Shown here: in pieces, positions 62,976 to 64,000 of the stretch | How the letters are laid out: each line of letters begins with the position of its first letter | Position numbering within the stretch: position 1 is the stretch's first letter | NCBI RefSeq assembly: GCF_947568905.1 | Contig: NC_079170.1 | Span: 83,638,001 to 83,702,000 of the forward strand | Direction of reading: 5' to 3' | DNA length: 64,000 nt | Source of the DNA: Ostrea edulis | Lineage: Eukaryota | Made by a program: the position numbers and the translations under genes | The notes under the pieces: generated by a model | Database searches by the model: none | Seen by the model: the letters and a program-made list of their open reading frames with translations, nothing else | Told to the model about the DNA's origin: nothing

Positions 62976-64000
62976 CTGCAAAGAGTCCAATTAATGGTGA
63001 TCTTTAATGCTGTAAAGATTCTAATTATTAAACAGTGATCTTTAAAGTTGTAAAGAGGCAAATAAACAGTGATCTATCAGGCTATAAAGGGTCCAAGGAA
63101 AAGTGATCTTTTAGCCTATAAAGAGCCCAATGAACAGTGATGTGTATGACTAAAGAGTTTTATTAACAGTGATCTTTTAAGGCTGTTAAGAGTTCAAGTA
63201 ATTGTGGTGATGAGTAACTTTATAAAGAATACAATTTACAGGTCTGTGTAAAGAGCTCCATTAACAGTGATGCGTAAGGCTGTAAGGATTGTGGTGATGT
63301 GCAACGTTATAAAGAGCTCCATTAACAGTGATGCGTAAGGCTGTAAGGATTGTGGTGATGTGCAACGTTATAAAGAGCTCCATTAACAGTGATGCGTAAG
63401 GCTGTAAGGATTGTGGTGATGTGCAACGTTATAAAGAGCTCCATTAACAGTGATGCGTAAGGCTGTAAGGATTGTGGTGATGTGCAACGTTATAAAGAGC
63501 TCCATTAACAGTGATGCGTAAGGCTGTAAGGATTGTGGTGATGTGCAACGTTATAAAGAGCTCCATTAACAGTGATGCATAAGGCTGTAAGGATTGTGGT
63601 GATGTGCAACGTTATAAAGAGCTCCATTAACAGTGATGCATAAGGCTGTAAGGATTGTGGTGATGTGCAACGTTATAAAGAGCTCCATTAACAGTGATGC
63701 GTAAGGCTGTAAGGATTGTGGTGATGTGCAACGTTATAAAGAGCTCCATTAACAGTGATGCGTAAGGCTGTAAGGATTGTGGTGATGTGCAACGTTATAA
63801 AGAGCTCCATTAACAGTGATGCGTAAGGCTGTAAGGATTGTGGTGATGTGCAACGTTATAAAGAGCTCCATTAACAGTGATGCGTAAGGCTGTAAGGATT
63901 GTGGTGATGTGCAACGTTATAAAGAGCTCCATTAACAGTGATGCGTAAGGCTGTAAGGATTGTGGTGATGTGCAACGTTATAAAGAGCTCCATTAACAGT
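62971..64000. repeat. ~30-bp degenerate monomers grading into a homogeneous 61-bp dimer array, seeded on the ankyrin exon acceptor
   Basis: TAATGCTGCAAAGA (real junction) recurs as TAATGCTGTAAAGA at ~63003. A 61-bp period runs from ~63250 to the window end. Confidence 0.85.

Noticed and set aside
63250-64000. Regular repeats that look like a CRISPR array (also 41588, 50075, 56283)
   Set aside because: The units are head-to-tail with no unique spacers, there are no cas genes, and the context is eukaryotic.

Overview
AT-rich, intron-containing animal DNA, most likely an oyster (Ostreidae). That call is inferred from a 166-bp Cg170/HindIII-type satellite carried inside Helentron-like elements and from other bivalve-type repeats. 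I rebuilt six protein-coding genes by hand, using GT/AG junctions that keep the reading phase: (1) a partial TIMP/NTR-like gene (+, 2560-5890); (2) a 7-exon, 403-aa gene with an N-terminal TIR domain, two transmembrane helices and a Cys/His-rich C-terminus (-, 11458-18133); (3) a ~1133-aa single-pass membrane protein with a very large furin-like Cys-rich ectodomain and a YxxL tail (+, 18334-23925), head-to-head with gene 2, the ATGs only 200 bp apart and a kB-like site between them; (4) a complete 7-exon GATD1 (-, 48715-59566); (5) a SETMAR-like SET-domain exon (+, 61563-62330); (6) the last exon of an ankyrin-repeat gene (-, 62818-62975). Mobile DNA includes about 20 fragments of a Naiad-like Penelope retroelement, a decayed Gypsy element interrupted by a TTAA-flanked DNA transposon, Helentron-like elements with satellite arrays, SINE fragments and a TRIM with tRNA-like LTRs. 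The three best leads are: the TIR-2TM / Cys-rich receptor divergent pair, a possible split immune receptor; a 351-bp tandem repeat carrying minimal dimeric hammerhead ribozymes (retrozyme) at four loci; and five minisatellites seeded exactly on splice junctions of GATD1 and the ankyrin gene. All gene models are manual, with no database or RNA evidence.
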